From assembly GCA_951406725.2 (NCBI GenBank), contig OX597832.1:31806001-31870000 (forward strand): a stretch of 64,000 nt of DNA, in the 5' to 3' direction. Below, one piece after another: positions 15,474 to 29,364 of this stretch (its first letter is position 1; the number at the start of each line of letters is the position of its first letter). The notes beneath the pieces are model-generated. The model worked only from the letters and a program-made list of their open reading frames with translations, was not told the origin of the DNA and did not search any database. The position numbers were made by a program, and so were the translations under genes. The stretch is from Octopus vulgaris (lineage: Eukaryota).

Positions 15474-15993
15474 CACTTTAGAAAGCTTTATTGACGGTTG
15501 GACAGAAATGAAAAAAACACGTTTGTCATGTGTTTTGTTGTTGTTGTTGTTGGTGATACCATAATGGCGGAAAATGAAATATAATGCCGTGTCTAGACTA
15601 GTTGTATTGTTGTTGTGGTTGTTGTTGTTGTTGTTGTTGTTATTGGTGGTGGCGGTGGCGATATTATATTGGCTGGAAACACAATAGTATCCATTTGTTT
15701 TTCATGATCTAGGTGATGATAGTTATGATGATGATCATCATCATCATTATCATCATTATCTTCATCATCATCATCAATCATCATCATCATCATCTGCGTC
15801 GTGGTGGTGGTGGTCGTCTTCGTAGCCGTCATCGTCGTTGTCATCGATGACAGCCTCATCGTCAACGCCGGTGACTTCCTCATTATCAACCTCATCACTA
15901 TTACCATCCAATCATCATTATCATCATCATCAGCATCACTATCAGCATAATTACAGTCACCATCATCATTACCACCATATACACACATATAAT

Positions 15994-16035
<42 letters not shown>

Positions 16036-16100
16036 GAGTATATATATATTTATATATATATACATTTATATGTATATATTATATAAATATTATATGTATG

Positions 16101-16153
<53 letters not shown>

Positions 16154-16977
16154 TATATGTATGTTTGTCTATGTATATATGTGCGTGTTATAATTTCATA
16201 TTGCAGCTATATATTACATATTTTGGTATTATATTCATATATTTATTGTTTGTGTGACTTGATGAAATATATCACAAGAAAAAGCAAAAAAGAGAAAAGT
16301 AACAAAAACAAAAATAAAGAAGATTAACTTGATATTTTCTTATTTATTTATTTATTTATTTTTGTTCTTGTATTTGTTATTTGTGTGTGGGTTTTTTTTT
16401 TCTTCATATCATTGCTCGTTACTGCAGAATATTTGCGAGGGTGACAGATAATAAATTTGCTCCTGATATCGTAAACAAGATAAGATACAGGCAGGGAAAC
16501 AAACAAAACAAAACAAAACATAGAAAATACACACAAAACAACAACAACAACAACAACAGCAAAGATAAACATACGAGCCTCCCTCAGCATCATTGCCACC
16601 CCCACCACCAACATCACAATCACCCCCTCAAAATTATAATCCATAAACCGTAAAAGATGGATTTATCTGATTAAAACCAAATATATTTTGATAAAACGAA
16701 TTATACAAGAAATAAATTAGAAATAATTGGTATAATATATTATTTTTTTAGGTTTTGTTTATATCATTACCATTGTTATTACTATTATTATTATTGTTGT
16801 TGTTGTTGTTGTTGTTGTTGTTATGTTTGATGTTATCATATTTGCCTCAGTTTCTTTTTCTTGTTGCTCATTTGATTATTTATTTTTGTTTTTTTTTTGT
16901 TTTATTTTGCAATGTCTTGTTATTTGGAATAATATATGTTTACAAAAACATGGAGAAGAATGACTTACGATTGTAGC

Positions 16978-16979
16978 TG

Positions 16980-17059
<80 letters not shown>

Positions 17060-17060
17060 C
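16978..17060. repeat. (GCAG)n microsatellite
   Basis: About 20 perfect units. Confidence 0.95.
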
Positions 17061-17339
17061 TACGAAGAAGGATTGAAATATAATATTATAATATTCATTT
17101 CATCCGTTCAATGTTTCACATCCTCTCTCTCTCTCTCTTTCAAACACACACACATGTATATATATATATATATAATCAAAATAAGCAACAAGGATATCCA
17201 TGGTAGTGTAGTACTACCTTTGGATATCCATGTTGCTTATTTTGTTTATAATCACCCCATTTGATTTATATGGATAATACCATACAAAATTCTGGTGCCT
17301 TTAACTTAAGTGCCTTATTCATCTAAATTTTACTGAACT

Positions 17340-17407
<68 letters not shown>

Positions 17408-17414
<7 letters not shown>

Positions 17415-17650
17415 ATCATGTGACCAGACCATCAGATGTTGCTACACATCGCTGGTCACAATGCGTTCGCATTGTTTTAGCCTTCGAATGACGCCATCCC
17501 GCTGGCTAAGCGAGCAGGCCAACGGAAGAAAGAGTGAGAGAAAGAGTGGTGAAGGAGTACTGCAGGGATCACCACCCCCTGCCGGAGCCTCATGGAGCTT
17601 TTAGGTGTTTTCGCTCAATAAACACACACAACGCCCGGTCTGAGAATCGA
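17408..17650 (-). mobile_element. SINE family C variant, 5'-truncated, with an alternative tail
   Basis: 17525-17650 matches 33385-33508. 17408-17520 instead matches 50616-50725. Confidence 0.8.
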
Positions 17651-17932
17651 ATGTACGTATGATCTCGTGTATGTATGATATCTTTTAATTTTTTAATATA
17701 TATGTATATTAAAAGTTATATATATGTATATATGTATGTATATATATATATGTAGATATGCATGTGTGTATATATACATATTAGTTAAATAAATACTATA
17801 GAACAGGGGTTTGGTAATCACTGTTATCATACAGCTATTTATTTTATAAGAAATACATTCAAAGTGCTAATGCGACACCTTATAGCTTCACCGGACCTAC
17901 TTATATATATATATATATATATATAGCAAATG

Positions 17933-18247
17933 AATAACGTATGATGGATAATTCTCAGCTCACAACAGCTGTTTCTTACGTAACTTTTAATAGAAGAATT
18001 AGAACTTTACATCATTATAAAAGACCGTAATCATCAAATGGGAAATAATTTCCAGGAATGCAGCAGGGATAAAGCTAGCCTCGACAGACATCTCCCTGCT
18101 GTATTCCTGGGTAGCCTTTTATTTTGTAAAATTACTTCTCATCTGATGATTACGGTCCTCAATAACGATTTAATGTTCTTATTCTTCTATTAAAAGTTAC
18201 GTAAGAAACAGCTGTTATGAGCTGACAATTATCTATCGTCTGTTATT
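17933..18247. mobile_element. Fold-back pair of Penelope-like pseudo-LTRs
   Basis: Imperfect inverted arms ~17933-18069 and 18093-18247 (e.g. aacagctgtttcttacgtaacttttaatagaagaat vs attcttctattaaaagttacgtaagaaacagctgtt). Each arm carries a hammerhead motif. Confidence 0.7.
18138..18221 (+). ncRNA. Type-I minimal hammerhead ribozyme motif
   Basis: Stem I ctcat/atgag; core CTGATGA at 18143-18149; stem II ttacg/cgtaa; GAAA at 18205-18208; stem III C-AGCT-G with a palindromic loop; cleavage triplet GTT at 18214-18216. Confidence 0.65.
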
Positions 18248-18439
18248 ACGATCTAAATTAACGGAGTTAATTTTCCTGACATAAGTTCAAATCTTCTGAC
18301 TGATAAATATTCACTGTTTAAAAAATTAAAAGATATCATACATACACGAGATCATACGTACATTGGATTAAATCTTTCTCCAGATTTAAACAATTTAATG
18401 CAGATATTAGTATAAGCTTAACTAGTATTTTGTCTGGTA

Positions 18440-18725
18440 AATCTATAATCAATAGATAGATTGCTTTGTCTTACAATGAATCGTTGAAACGGAACTTTGA
18501 AATAATATCAGATTCTGACATATAAAAATAGAAAATATAAAATTATTCGCTCCAATAGCTTGTTCGGTCTCATCATATGCACACTTGAGGCGAAATATCT
18601 TTTTAGCTTATTTGATAAATGCTTCCCGAAGACGCATAAATATCATCAAGTTTTAAATAGAAACAACGTGTAATTGACCTTCAGTTGCGCTCATAATTTT
18701 AGAACACATTTATCGTTCGTCAAGA
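18440..18725 (+). pseudogene. Penelope-like element RT C-terminal/linker remnant
   Basis: Manual translation from 18602 gives FSLFDKCFPKTHKYHQVLNRNNV*LTFSCAHN, resembling the PLE motif L(I/V)DKHFP..H...KIFNRNTVK.SYSC. KNRKYKII upstream resembles R.RKIIWFNPP. Confidence 0.55.
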
Positions 18726-19413
18726 GTAAAGAAAATATATATAAATATATTAAACGTCATTCAACGCAGAAACATGAAGTTCCTCTGTCATGAAGCTATC
18801 CGAAACCCGTAAATTTTCGATTAACTCTATTTTCCTTGAAAAATCTGCAATCAAATCTTAACACTTCTTTATGAAAATGCAAATAAGTTTCTGAAGATGG
18901 TAAATTTACGAGAGACAAAGCTGTTTTGATATATTGCAACCTGGCAATCTTACAAACGAGGTAAAGTCATTCGTGATATTTGCTTCTAAGACAAAATGAA
19001 TATATTGTTTCATAAATGTTCTTCCTTGAACCAACGTTCAGGGCATATTACTTATTGTTAATAATAGATCAAAATATTGTTTAAAATAGTTGGAATTAAC
19101 CAAACATCTCAAAAACTAGGAAGTCTCGTTATATATATATATTAACGTTAAAAAATATATTTGACAGAAAACGAGAATAAAAATTTGCTGTTTCCTGTCA
19201 TCATTTATCAAAGAGGTAAACGGACGGACATCTAACGGCTTCATACAATAGCGTTCCAACAACATCAAATAGTTTTGTATCGTTAACATACTTAAAAAGT
19301 TTTATAATTTATTCTGTATATAAAAGGTTGTCTCATTTACGAAATGGATTGCTTGGAAAAGGATAAAATGTGAAACTAATAGTCGTAATGCGTCTAATTG
19401 AAAACTATATATA

Positions 19414-19495
<82 letters not shown>

Positions 19496-19503
19496 CATAC
19501 ATA

Positions 19504-19543
<40 letters not shown>

Positions 19544-19702
19544 CACATACATACACACACACACACATATATATACATACATACATACATATATATATAT
19601 ACATACATATATATATATACATATATATATACATACACACACATATATATATGAACACATATATGTATGTATATACATATATATATATATACACACACTC
19701 AC

Positions 19703-19742
<40 letters not shown>

Positions 19743-19962
19743 CGAAATATAAGTTTTGTATTGAGACTTGTGGAATGCTTTTGATGGAGCTTTTATTTCT
19801 AAAAAAAATAAATGTTTAATGGTCGCACAAAAAGTACGCAACACAGGGTGGATTTTAATTATTTCATAAAAAGAAACGCAAAACGACTGTGATTTCTAAG
19901 TTTCGCGAGCAAGGAGTTATCAGACTACCAGACTCGCCGCCTTTGAATCCAAAACCACCCAA

Positions 19963-20013
<51 letters not shown>

Positions 20014-20032
20014 GCTGCTGTTGCTGCTGCTG

Positions 20033-20086
<54 letters not shown>

Positions 20087-20197
20087 GTAATAGTAATAGT
20101 AGTAGCAGTAGTAATAGTAGTTGTAGTAGTAGTAATAGTAGTAGTAGTAATAATAATAGTAATAATAATAACAACAACAACAATAACAACAACAACA

Positions 20198-20292
<95 letters not shown>
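19963..20292. repeat. Compound (CTA)n/(TAG)n/(TAA)n microsatellite
   Basis: Direct inspection. Confidence 0.95.
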
Positions 20293-20294
<2 letters not shown>

Positions 20295-21637
20295 CGTACA
20301 TAAAATAAGCGTAACCATATGCGCGAAGAAGACATCATATAAATGTATATTTCTCTATGTGGGTATGCGTATGTTCATTCATACAGACATTGTTATGTGA
20401 CAAAATATCTATTCCTATCTGTCTAGCTATCAATGTACATATGTGTGTATGTGCGTGTCTGTGTGTGTGTGTGTGTGTGTGTGAACATATGATTTCAAAT
20501 ACCGCTAAAAGGAGTTAGAGAAAGAAGCTTAAATTTATTCTTCAGTTAAAATGGAGCATCAAAACAAATCTTATAATATGTCACTTTAAATTTCTGGTAT
20601 TCCACGTTTCCGATTTTTGCAAAAATTACAATTAGTGGCAAAGGCAATGCATAAAAAGAATCACCATAAAGAAAGCGTTTGCTTACAGGGTTTATGTGTA
20701 GAGAATATCGAAAGAAATGTGAACTGGTCTATGGTGGTTACCATCTTAAATATATTTTAGCGGGAATAAGGTGTCGTCTTTACTTAACCGGAAATATTTT
20801 GATATGTTGAATTCAAGATCTGATGTTCTTACTAAATGTTTCCAAAGTTCCAATATATTTACTGCATAATTTTTTAAGGTCGGCGTCGCCAAAGAAAAAT
20901 CCCAAAAGGTAAGTTTCGACAATTATGTTTCTTTTTTTCCCCCTTTCGTCGTCTGAATTGTTTCGGTCATCACTTTCCCTATTTTTGCTCACATGTTTGT
21001 GAATAAAAACTAAATTCACAACACATTCTTCAAAACAGAATGGAATGTCTTTTCTATTCCTTTGATGAATTTTCACACCCCTGGCACTAATCGGTTATTG
21101 AAAATTTCACAAAATCACACAACATAGCAGCCAAATCTCCCCCGCAAATTATATCCTACTCGACAAACAAATTAAAAAACAAAACAAGACAGGATTAAAG
21201 AAAATATTTAACAACGTTATCTTCGAAGTGCAAACAAAATCAGATAAAAATAAAGAGGATTGTCACGGCTGGAACACCTGTGATCATAGTCCTATTTGAA
21301 CTTTGCTAAACGGACGGTAAACAAGAACAAAGTCTACACACCGTTAGCAACACCAACAGCAACAACAAAGCAATCGGTATTTTACTGAAAGATAATAGAT
21401 CAGTTAGACACGTTAAAATTGAGGTCTTGAAATACAATTCCACATGTTCTTTTTTTTATTTTGTTTAGTAATTTATTTGGTAGAATGTAATTTCCAAATG
21501 TTCGACAGAGTTTCCATTAATGGAATATAACCAAAATATAGAAATAAAGTCTTGTCCAATAACTTGTTTTCCAAGAATCTCATAAACACTTTCTTTTCTC
21601 ATTTTAAAAACCTCTCCGTTTCAAATCATTTTCACAA

Positions 21638-21737
<100 letters not shown>

Positions 21738-21802
21738 CAACAGCAACAGCAATAATAATGATAGCGATGATGATGGTGGTGGTGTTACTACAACTAATAT
21801 TT

Positions 21803-21876
<74 letters not shown>

Positions 21877-22480
21877 AGAAGAAAAATAATAAGAATCATC
21901 ATCATCATCATCAACAACATCTCTTTTCCAGACTGATTCCATATCATATTATGAGAGTATAATTTACACTCACCGTACACTTCATATTTTGTTTGTTTTT
22001 GGCAAAAGTGTCCTTGAAATATACTCCCCCCCCCCCTCGTACCACCCCTCACCCAATATGGTGGCCATAACAGAAATTCTTATTATGTTCTTCTTGACGC
22101 ACAATTTCCAAAGAACTTGGAAATTAATATCGCAGTTCCGTATTTATTTAGAAATAATATTTACAAGAACGTTTCACAGAGACGCACAAGTGTAATAACA
22201 TACAATTGATTATTATATCTTGTTGGCAGAGCCCTGGTCATTGTTGCTGTTGTTGTTGTTGTTGTTGTTATTGTTGTTGCATATCTTGACAATGATGTTG
22301 CTGTTGTTAGTGATGTCCTCTCACAGTGATTTATTTTTTAATACATATGCAAATTGAAAGACAACACAAAATCAGTTTTTGCAATACAAAAAAAATGTGA
22401 AAAACGACATATTTAACGCTGATGGGATTTTTAAATGAATGCATATATATACATATAAACGCACAGATATGCATACATAC

Positions 22481-22543
<63 letters not shown>

Positions 22544-22999
22544 AACATGTGTGATGTTATATATATATACATGATTTTATGTGGATAAATAGGTATGTAG
22601 TATTTTATAAAATGTGTGTATATATGAAGGCTTACGTATTTATGTGACTATACACATGTATGTGTGTGTGTATGAGTGTGTATACACATATGTAACATTA
22701 TGTAAAGTGTTTTGCCGGTGCATTGATGTGAGATCGTTTGTTGTTGAAGTAAAAGCAATTTCAATTTGGTGGAATCATTGACTCATATGAAAACAATACA
22801 CACACGTACACACAAATATACACGCACACACACAAACATGCCCAAGCACACATGCACACACACAAACATGCAGAAGCACACAAGCACACACACCCATTCT
22901 AATATGTTACATTTACTTTTAGTTTTGTAATTATTTTGTTTATTTTTGAAAATTTATAATGAAAACTTTGAAGTTGGTTTGTGACTCGTTAATCCACCA

Positions 23000-23051
<52 letters not shown>

Positions 23052-24246
23052 GTGTGTGTAGAAGAAGAAGGTTAAAATGCACTGGGATTCGTTTAAGTTT
23101 TATATTTAAAGACTTAATCGGTTTCACGGATTTCTCCGATTTTCAAAAGTTGAGATAGAAATGCGTTGAGCTTTGCTGCAACTGGTTTGCTTCTCATGTG
23201 AGTTCAAAATTTCTCTAGTCCTTCTTTTTTATGGATAGAATACGTCTCAGATAAATATTTTTCGGGTACGATTTGATTGGCTGAGGTTTCAAAAGTTCTA
23301 AGATGAAACATGTTTACCACATTTGGCCGATTAAATTCAGACGGCCTTGACTGTTTGGGTCTGTCACAAGACACGTTCTTGACATCAAAACATTGCGAGG
23401 TTTGGAAGTTCCTAGCTACGTCCATTCTTTAATATTATATGACAATAAGTTTGGCGCCGTAAATTAAAGCTGTCACGGTTGAGAGAAGATGTCTAGTCAC
23501 TCCCAAACAGTCACGGTTGTCTAAAATTAATCTCTCAAGTGAGGTAGGGAACGATGACGTAATTAACCTTAGAAATCTTTCTGGGTTCGCCGCTACTTTC
23601 GTGCATTAATATCATGTGACTATATATTTTGCACCGAAAACTGAGGCTGACCTGGTTGAGTGAACTCTGCCTAGTGACTGTCACAAACGAGGTATTCTAA
23701 ATTGAATCAGTCGAGTAGTAAAGTAGACAGGAGGTGTTTCTATGTAGCCCAGTGGTTCGATTGCTATGGCATCAAATTTTATTCTCCACTAAATTTGTGC
23801 ATTAGTGTCATGCGAGGAAACGTCATGATCGTGGCCAAAGTTTAGGGTATTCGGTGTAGAATTTCAACAAGTCAACCAACAGAGTAAATAATTGTTGGTG
23901 AATGTAGTTTCTTAAAATTTATTCAGTCTCGGGTTGTGTTTTTGTATCGATATCTTTTCTTTGTTCATCCGCGCTTTGTTAATAGAACAAAGGTGAAGTG
24001 AAAATATTTGGAATTTCGGAGGCTTATGTTTTGGCACATACGTCTATGTTCACTCCGGAACCTATCTAGTACTGGGCTCTCCTGTTTCTTGTCGATAGTT
24101 AGTCTACTTCTGAGAGTGAGTTTTGTTTGACTTACGTAATCCTCGTTACATACTTTACATTTATTATTATATACTCACTACGATAGAAAATCATCTTACC
24201 TGTTCGTCAAAAAGTTTAATACTTGCTACAATAGTGTGTGTGGATA

Positions 24247-24279
<33 letters not shown>

Positions 24280-24506
24280 AAGAGACAGAGAGAGAGAGAG
24301 AAAGAGAAAGTGTGTTAATAAATATTATATGTTTACATTTGTATGCATGATACATTTATGGTTGTCTCTGATAAATTGTCATTGTTTTATGCGTATATAT
24401 ATATTAATATATATATATCTTTTATGTGCATGTGAGCGTGGATACATACATACATACATACATACATACATACATACGTACATACATACATACATACATA
24501 CATACA

Positions 24507-24541
<35 letters not shown>

Positions 24542-25063
24542 TAAATTAATAATTATATATATGTATGTATGTATAATTATATTCATGGAGCAAGGCAAAA
24601 CACCTGTCTCCCACAATATTGAAATTAATGCCGAGGCACTAAAAAACTACCGAAAATATCCAAAAAGGTCACAGGTTGTAGTCAGATGAGTGAAACATAC
24701 TAAAAAAGACTTCACGTTAATTGTGAATTGGTTCTAATTCCTGGATGAGAGCCGTGAAACAAACTTTTTTCCTTCGCCAACACAATACACGAGAAATATA
24801 CTTACAAATAATAATACATACCAGTACAAAGCGGATTCGCACGTCTACATACAAACATTTGCACGTAGAAATAAAAAATAAGTCAGATTTATACTTTTTC
24901 ATGACAACCATGTGTATATTATGAAAATAGCTCCGCAAGGACATGTGATTTTAATCAGGAGTAAAAATGAATTATGTTATGTATTTATTCATAATGGAAT
25001 AGCGGGATAAAATAGGTTATCGTGAAGGTTGTCGTGATAAAGTATAAATTTACTCCCTTAATA

Positions 25064-25950
25064 TTAGGTTGTTTCACACGAAATGTCATATTTGAAAAGT
25101 AACAGAATGTTTCAGAAGTGTTAGAGAACTGATTAATTTAATCAAAGTATGATCCATGTTAATTTATGACGTTTACCCAACGTTTTTCTCTGTCATATAT
25201 TCCATCTTTTAAAAAAAAAAATTAATCTTTTGCTGTGATAAACTCTCTGAATGCTTCAATTACCTCTTCTCTATTTAAGAATGTTTTATTGCTTATGAAA
25301 ACCTCAAAATGCTTAAAAATAAGGGGATGATCAGTAAGAGAGATATCACGGGGAATAGGAAGGATGTTCCAACTCATAATTCAGGATTTGCAACTTTTGG
25401 ACCGTAGCTTGTGGAGTGTGACGACGTGCATTGTCGTGGAGCAAAATTTAGCCATCTCTATTCACTACTCTGGATTGCTTCTGTTTCAAATTCTCATGGA
25501 ATACAATCAATTTCCTGGCAATACGATGTTGTTGTTCCCGTTCTCCCTTGTAAAAATGAATAATGTATAACCCCCTTCGCAGACCACCATATAGTGACCA
25601 CTAACTTTTTAGGGTGCTATGGTGGGTTTGCGTAATGTGTAAGTGACTCTCCTGCATCTAATCACTGTCCTGTACTCCTACTGTTGTCAAAGAGTATCCA
25701 TTTCCCTCACAAGTAATGATTTAATGCAAAAATGGTCTTTTTCCAGTCGAGAAAGCAATAAGGAGCACACTTCGAGGCGTCTGTATTTTTTTCATCTCGT
25801 TCAATCGATAAGGAACAAACCTATCCGTTTTCTTGACTTTTCCAATTTTTTAAAGGTGTCCAAAAACAGTTGTGCGAGATGTTTGGAGTTCTGCTTAAAG
25901 TTTTCGAAACCTTTCTTCTCGAATTTTATTCAACCAAAGCATTTAATCCA
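25064..25950 (-). mobile_element. Decayed mariner (D,D34D-type) transposon, 5'-truncated
   Basis: Minus-strand translation with frameshifts gives IGKVKKTDRFVPYRLNE (WVPHEL-like), ITCE (first D motif, VTCDEKW-like), LLHDNARRH and HPSYSRDISLTD (YSPDL-like). TA plus TTAGGTTG TIR-like end at 25062-25071. Confidence 0.85.
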
Positions 25951-26230
25951 TCATGCCATCTATCTATCTTGCTGTCCGTCTCTGTCTATCTATCTATCAA
26001 TCTATCTATCTAACTATCTATTTGCCTATCTGACTGTCTATCTCTCTATCAGTCAGTCAGTCAGTCTGTCTGTGTGTCTATCTGTCTGTCTCTCTGTCTC
26101 TCAATCTGTCTACCTATTTATCTATCTATCTCTCTGTCTATTTGTCTGTTTGTCTTGTCTGACTATATATTCACCTATCTATCTATATTGATATACATGT
26201 GGAGATCAATGGGAAAATACCGAACCACGC

Positions 26231-26277
<47 letters not shown>

Positions 26278-26594
26278 TGTGTAAACATAATTTTAAAACC
26301 GCTGGCTGAACACGTTCCATAATATCCTTGCCTGGCTCTCCCATAGCCTGATCCTTCGCACTTGTAAGTCTTCCACGCTACAATGATCACTGCGAAACAG
26401 TTCATCGCTATTCCCCACATCTCTGTCATTTTAGCATCTTCTCTTCCTATGCGCTCTGACGATTCCAAAACTCGAAAGAAGTACACTTGTCTTGCTGGTG
26501 GCACCATAATATTAAACAAACACATACACACACACATACACACATATGCGTTCACACATACATGCATAATCATATATAAGTATATATGCATACA

Positions 26595-26628
<34 letters not shown>

Positions 26629-26896
26629 TGTATATCTATCCATCTATAAATATGTATACTTATATATTACAAGCTTGCACACTTGAATTTATGTATGTCC
26701 GTGAGTGTGTGTGTGTATGTGTGTACAGACATAGGTGCATAGATATACGTATATTATATTTAATTAACTTATAATACATATATGCATGCACATAAACATA
26801 TACCCACTCGGATACACAAACGTATATTTGGATTTATATCTGGTATATTCACTTCGTACAGCGTCATCGTCTTACTGCAACAACATCCTCAATAAA

Positions 26897-26943
<47 letters not shown>

Positions 26944-27771
26944 TAATAATAATAATGATAATAATAATAATGTGTCTGATAATTCTGAAAGTTAATAATG
27001 TTGGACAATAATTGCAGTTCAAGCACCATTCCCTCATCAAAGGTTAATGAGATGTCTCATTAATTGAATTTTGTATTGGAATGACTGTCATCCACCGACC
27101 AACACCACCACAAACAACATATATCAGCCACCACGGGCACCGCCGCCGCCACCGCCGCCACGAACTACACTATCGCCATCACTATCATCATAAAATTCAT
27201 TACCACAATCTTATAATTCAAATACTGCCAACCCTACCACGACAATCACTGCAACTTACCAGCGCCAGCGCCGGCGCCGGCACTGACGTTAACTCCACCA
27301 CTAAAAAAGCATGACCGCAACGACCACATCGATACCAGCACCACCACCAACACCAACACCAGCACCACCAGCACCACCACCACCACCTCCATTAGTTTTA
27401 CCTTTAACGTTCACAAAATGACTACCTCAAAGTTAATTATATTTATCGTTATTTTAATTTTGTTTGTTCTCTTTTTAAAAGTTTCATTGCGGTTTTCTCC
27501 TCCACTTGTGTTGCGGGTGGCTGGGGCGGTGGTGGTGGCGTTGGTGGTGGTGTTGGTGGTGGTGGTGGTGATGGGATTGTTGAAATTTCAAATCAAAATA
27601 TTGACTTTAAAATAAAAGCTAAAAAAAAAACAAAAAACAAAACAAATGCTCAACAAAACATGAAATGAAATGTCGAACTCTCAAATGACTGCAGTCAATT
27701 TTGGTTTTTGAAATTGCGTTTGCGGTTATGAAGTTTGATGGCATATACACATACATATTTAGACATTCACT

Positions 27772-27852
<81 letters not shown>

Positions 27853-28316
27853 ACAGATAGCTTGATAAACATAAGGAGGCGAGCTTGCAGAATGGTCATC
27901 ACATGGGTCAAGATATGTAGCGTCATATCGTTCATCCTATGTTCTGTGTTCAAATTCGGCTGAGGTGGACTTAGCATTTCGGAGCCAAGAAAATAATTAC
28001 CGTTTGAGTTGTGGGGTTGATGTAATGGCCTTCCCCTCCCCTCAACGAATCGTGATAGAAGCAGATATACACAAACGATGGAGACACTAACATCTACCCT
28101 AAATCTTGGGAGCAGCATGCTGGAGACAGAACGACGTGGGTTCACAGTCGGGTGGTTGGTGTAGAAATATTTTGAAGAACTTTTCGAAAAGATGAAGACA
28201 AACAGCTTCGAAGAAAGAGCTTCCAAAACTCCCACTGAGCATCGCATTCAACACAGAGACGTTTGAACAGGGAGCGCTCATAAGGAAGAAGATAGAGAGA
28301 AGAAACAAGGAAGATA

Positions 28317-28451
28317 ACCTATTTCTTTACTGCCGACAAGGGGCTAAATACAGAGGGGACAAACAAGGACAGACAAACGGATTAAGTCGATTACATTGAC
28401 CCCAGTGCGTAACTGGTACTTAATTTATCGATCCTGAAAGGATGAAAGGCA
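28317..28451 (-). mobile_element. SINE family B fragment
   Basis: Reverse complement of the gcctttcatcctttcagg...taccagttacgcactggggtc...cttgtttgtcccctctg block. Confidence 0.8.
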
Positions 28452-29247
28452 AGGAAGATAACCAGCGTCACAACAAGCATTATGTATATGAAATTGCGTA
28501 AATTAGATGGGAATGGTTTCAGATATGTCCAACGAACTACCTTTAAAGTCTGACAAGATGTACTATTTTAAATGCGGGCAAAAAATGAAAAATTCTCGTT
28601 CCAGGAAGTTACGAAGTTATTGTTGGAGGCGCTTGAAGTTCTTTAGAAGATATAGTTTTTTGAGAGAACATAGCGAACATTCTTTGATCCGTTGATATCG
28701 GGTTCCGCTTGGAAGGACTTTCCATTTGATGCCATTGTTACTCCCTCCGTCTTGAAGTTGGAAACTTCTCTTAAGAAACAGATAATGTAATTATAACCTC
28801 TTTTATCGATTATTCGATGCAGGAACAAAATTATTTCATTTCAATAGAGGGCAAAGGTGAACATTAAAAATCAAAATCCTGTTGAAAGAAAATACTCTGC
28901 ATTCCCGTACAGAAAGTGTTATTGCCTCCCATTTCTATACATAAAAATTACTCCATCGATTTACAATATTTCCCTCGAAAACACGATGATTAGCTAAGCA
29001 AATCTAGAAAATTTACTGTCCGTCTGACAACTGGAGTGGCACATTTTTTCCAAGACACTTTTAACGCACTAGATGGTACCTAATGCCTCACTGTATCATA
29101 AATATAGGGAAAAAAAAATATACAGACTAAATGTGTTTAACAATTCATATACGTCACTGAGCCTCCCACAAACTTTATTTGTTTTTTGCTGTAGTTTCAG
29201 CTCATAGCTGCGGCCATGCTGATGCACCGCCGTTAAAAATGTGCGAC

Positions 29248-29364
29248 GCTTACAGCACCTAGGTTTTCCAAGCGGTCACCCATCTAAGTACTGACCTGGC
29301 TCGATGTTGCTTAACTTCGTTGATCGGACGAGAAGCGGTGCTTTGAACATGACATGGCCTGAGC
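29248..29364 (-). pseudogene. 5S rRNA-derived sequence (pseudogene or SINE3-like head)
   Basis: Reverse complement gctcaggccatgtcatgttcaaagcaccgcttctcgtccgatcaacgaagttaagcaacatcgagccaggtcagtacttagatgggtgaccgcttggaaaacctaggtgctgtaagc is colinear with metazoan 5S rRNA. It is 117 nt, a single copy, with several substitutions. Confidence 0.85.

Noticed and set aside
20813-21083. 87-aa ORF next to a hAT-like terminus (cacacccctg)
   Set aside because: No partner TIR or transposase motif recognised.
28080-28310. Possible LINE endonuclease C-terminal remnant
   Set aside because: Similarity too weak to support by eye.
29248-29364. Functional 5S rRNA gene
   Set aside because: Single copy, imperfect terminal helix, several substitutions and joined to a retroposon tail.
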